This document shows, one piece after another, positions 37,669-39,987 of a stretch of DNA of 39,987 nucleotides (its first letter is position 1; each line of letters starts with the position of its first letter). Both the position numbers and the translations under genes were made by a program. The notes beneath the pieces were generated by a model. That model made no database searches. It was not told the origin of the DNA and saw only the letters and a program-made list of their open reading frames with translations. This stretch comes from an uncultured Planctomycetaceae bacterium (GTDB lineage: Bacteria; Planctomycetota; Planctomycetia; Planctomycetales; Planctomycetaceae), in NCBI GenBank assembly GCA_963976765.1, contig CAXBME010000018.1, positions 124,001-163,987 of the forward strand, read 5' to 3'.

Positions 37669-38682
37669 CTAGCCAAGAGCGGCCTTTGTCGTCTTAACAA
37701 TGGCGGCGGCAACCTTGTAAGGATCGGCGTTCGAAGCCGGACGACGATCTTCGAGGCGGCCTTTCCAGCCGTCTTCGATTGTTCCAACCGGAATTCGGAT
37801 GGAGGCTCCGCGGTCAGAAACTCCATAGCTGAACTGATCGATCCGCTGAGTTTCGTGAAGACCTGTCAGACGCTGCTCGTTGTGCGCACCGTAGACGCCA
37901 ATGTGACGAGGGATCTGCGTGCCGAAGCCTTCGCAAATCTTTGTAAATACCGCTTTGTCGCCACAGGTTCGCATAACTTCGTTTGAGAAGTTGGCGTGCA
38001 TGCCGGAACCGTTCCAGTCAGTTGGCCCCAGCGGCTTCGGATGCCAGTTGATGGCCAACCCGTACTCTTCGCCGATTCGCTCAAGCAGGTAACGAGCGAC
38101 CCAGGTTTCGTCTCCAGCTCGTGCCGCACCTTTTGCAAACACCTGGAATTCCCACTGGCCGGCAGCGACTTCGGCATTGATACCTTCGACGTTAATGCCG
38201 GCTTCCAGGCAGGCGTCGAGATGGTCTTCGACGACCTGTCGACCGTAGGCGTTCTTCGCACCCACTGAACAGTAGTACGGACCTTGCGGAGGCGGGAAAC
38301 CACCCGGTGGGAACCCTGGTGGCAGATTCGCCTGCGGTTCCCACAGGAAGTATTCCTGCTCGAACCCGAACCAGAAGTCATCGTCATCATCGTCGATGGT
38401 TGCTCGCCCGTTTGAAACATGCGGCGTAGCATCAGCGTTGAGAACTTCGGTCATGACCAGGTAAGCATTTTTGCGACCTGGATCCGGGAAGATTGCAACG
38501 GGTTTCAGCAGGCAGTCCGATGCTCCACCTTCGGCCTGTTGTGTCGAGCTTCCGTCGAAGCACCACATCGGGCAGTCTTCAAGCTTACCGCTGAAATCCT
38601 TCTCGACGCGAGTCTTGCTGCGAAGGCTTTGTGTTGGGACGTAGCCATCAAGCCAGATGTACTCAAGTTTTGATTTAGCCAT
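37669..38682 (-). CDS. glnII: Glutamine synthetase type II
   Basis: 337 aa; LEYIWLDG, FDGSST, FGFEQEY, QGPYYC, NAEV..GQWEFQ, DWNGSGMH, RLTGLHET, RGASIRIP, LEDRRP; AGGAG RBS. Confidence 0.95.
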   Translation of the reverse strand: MAKSKLEYIWLDGYVPTQSLRSKTRVEKDFSGKLEDCPMWCFDGSSTQQAEGGASDCLLKPVAIFPDPGRKNAYLVMTEVLNADATPHVSNGRATIDDDDDDFWFGFEQEYFLWEPQANLPPGFPPGGFPPPQGPYYCSVGAKNAYGRQVVEDHLDACLEAGINVEGINAEVAAGQWEFQVFAKGAARAGDETWVARYLLERIGEEYGLAINWHPKPLGPTDWNGSGMHANFSNEVMRTCGDKAVFTKICEGFGTQIPRHIGVYGAHNEQRLTGLHETQRIDQFSYGVSDRGASIRIPVGTIEDGWKGRLEDRRPASNADPYKVAAAIVKTTKAALG

Positions 38683-39108
38683 TCGATTGTCACTCCTGAA
38701 TTCAGATCAAAAAACGATTCGTGATTTGCCAAATATGCGTTATCGAGATCCGTGTTCCGCAATGACAAGGTGGCTTCCGTACCACTCCCCCATCACCACA
38801 CAACCGGGCTTGTACCGGGAGCTCTGGAAAACTCCAGACAGTGAGCGCTCCCTGAATTCTGAATCCGGCCCCACGTCCAGCTTGCTCACTCTAAAGGCAA
38901 ACCTGCCTCCCTGGAGTGCACACACTGAGATCAGCTAACCGGATGGAAACGAAACCGAGGAACCACACGAATCCTCGTGCTACTGTTTCAATTTCGTTTA
39001 TATCGCAGAAAAAAGTCATTTCTGACATCTGCTTGACGGGCTTTTTTGCTCGATCAGATCCCTGCGAGAACGCAATCGGCGATGAGTTCCGTCATTCTTT
39101 GCAGAGTG

Positions 39109-39125
39109 TGCAACGACCGTGCCAG
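39109..39125 (-). promoter_or_regulatory. Sigma54 (-24/-12) promoter oriented toward glnII
   Basis: Minus strand CTGGCACGGTCGTTGCA is a perfect TGGCACG-N4-TTGC match; sigma54 control of glutamine synthetase is well established in other bacteria. Confidence 0.8.
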
Positions 39126-39386
39126 TTCTTCGCTCGTCCCGAAAGTGTCAGCCGTTCTGGTGACTTTACGTGGCCCTCACTCAGACAATCAAACACCCAC
39201 TTCTGCTGAGAGCACCTGTCAGATCGGCCATAAAGGCGGAGAATAGCCGGGCCTTAAAGCGAATTCCATCGACCGAAGGCGACCAGCCGAAAGGCAATGT
39301 TCACCCGATGATCCGCTGCCAACCAAACTGCGCTGCCCTGCTGCTTCGCGCGTTCAATCCAGGAGCAAACCTCACAGTCGATCATC

Positions 39387-39720
39387 ATAAAGAAGCGAGT
39401 GCTCTTTCTTTGCACCGGCAATTCATGTCGAAATCAAATGGCCGAAGATCTGCCCTGTGAACCGACTGGCGACCGCTTTGAAACATCATTCGGCAGATTC
39501 AAGAAAAAACACCGGGGACGTTCACGCAGGATGAATTCAGGCGATGTCCGAAATTGGCATCCATATTTCGAATCTCCGCAGCAAGTCGATCAACGAAATT
39601 CTTCCGTCAGAAGGCACCCATCCAGACCTGATCATCAGCGTCTGCTCATCCGCCGAGCACAACTGCCCGACTTTCCTTGGCGCCGCGGAATGATTCCACT
39701 GGCCTCTTGACACCTACGCC
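39387..39720 (+). pseudogene. arsC: Decayed thioredoxin-type arsenate reductase (LMW-PTP family)
   Basis: KKRVLFLCTGNSCRNQMAE in one frame; after a frameshift near 39490, DVHAG*IQAMSEIGIHIS...SKS...DLIISVC...NCPTF...*FHWPLD with TGA at 39532 and 39691. ATA sits where the start would be expected. Confidence 0.85.
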
Positions 39721-39987
39721 AAGGCACAGACAGAGAAGACTTCACCCGCTTCCACCGACTCCGAGCCGAAATATCGAGCCAGCTTTAATCTCACCCCGGC
39801 ACCGGCACCGAACAAGGCAATCAGTTGCCACGGTGTTGCTTCAGCCCATCGGCAATTCGCTACGGCCCACTTACCACAAACCCATTCTCTCGGACTGCAC
39901 TCCACAAACAGGACTTGCCGTGTAACAGCAGTGAGTTACTGTCAGAAGTCGTGGCGTGAGAGATTGGAGGAAGGTGGCGTATCCTGC

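Noticed and set aside
38740..38925. 61-aa ORF in the glnII leader as a leader peptide
   Set aside because: No clear RBS, no Gln-rich tract and no recognisable features.
39532..39693. In-frame TGA codons in arsC as possible selenocysteine or recoding
   Set aside because: They are not at catalytic Cys positions and come with a frameshift and a lost start; TGA is a normal stop for other genes in this window.
1..39987. CRISPR arrays, tRNA/rRNA genes, transposases, integrases, defence systems
   Set aside because: None seen: no regularly spaced repeats and no recognisable motifs for these classes.

Overview
A GC-rich bacterial chromosomal window, most likely from a planctomycete (two sulfatases, a DUF1583-like protein, a TIGR03067-like protein, a soluble Hanks kinase, type II glutamine synthetase). 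Most of it is ordinary housekeeping or accessory genes: tal, folP, yqgE, a PIG-L deacetylase, an ABC-2 exporter, a LURP-one protein, nfu, a DMT transporter, a fabH-like gene, a GNAT, an esterase, yaiI and glnII. The standout is a minus-strand operon at 13.98-5.3 kb. It has a sigma54-like promoter, then a predicted outer-membrane beta-barrel with N-terminal HEAT-like repeats, then a ~1470-aa exported cytochrome with 9 CxxCH plus 1 CX4CH heme motifs and a C-terminal LVIVD beta-propeller, then a rhomboid protease. This is a candidate porin-cytochrome or surface redox system that does not resemble MtrAB. Other points of note are a vWA/coiled-coil/TM/HhH protein, a CHAP-like cysteine hydrolase next to an SdpI-type gene, a consensus sigma54 promoter with a ~415-nt structured leader before glnII, a REP-like inverted repeat and a decayed arsC. 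Family calls come from motif recognition by eye, with no database searches.
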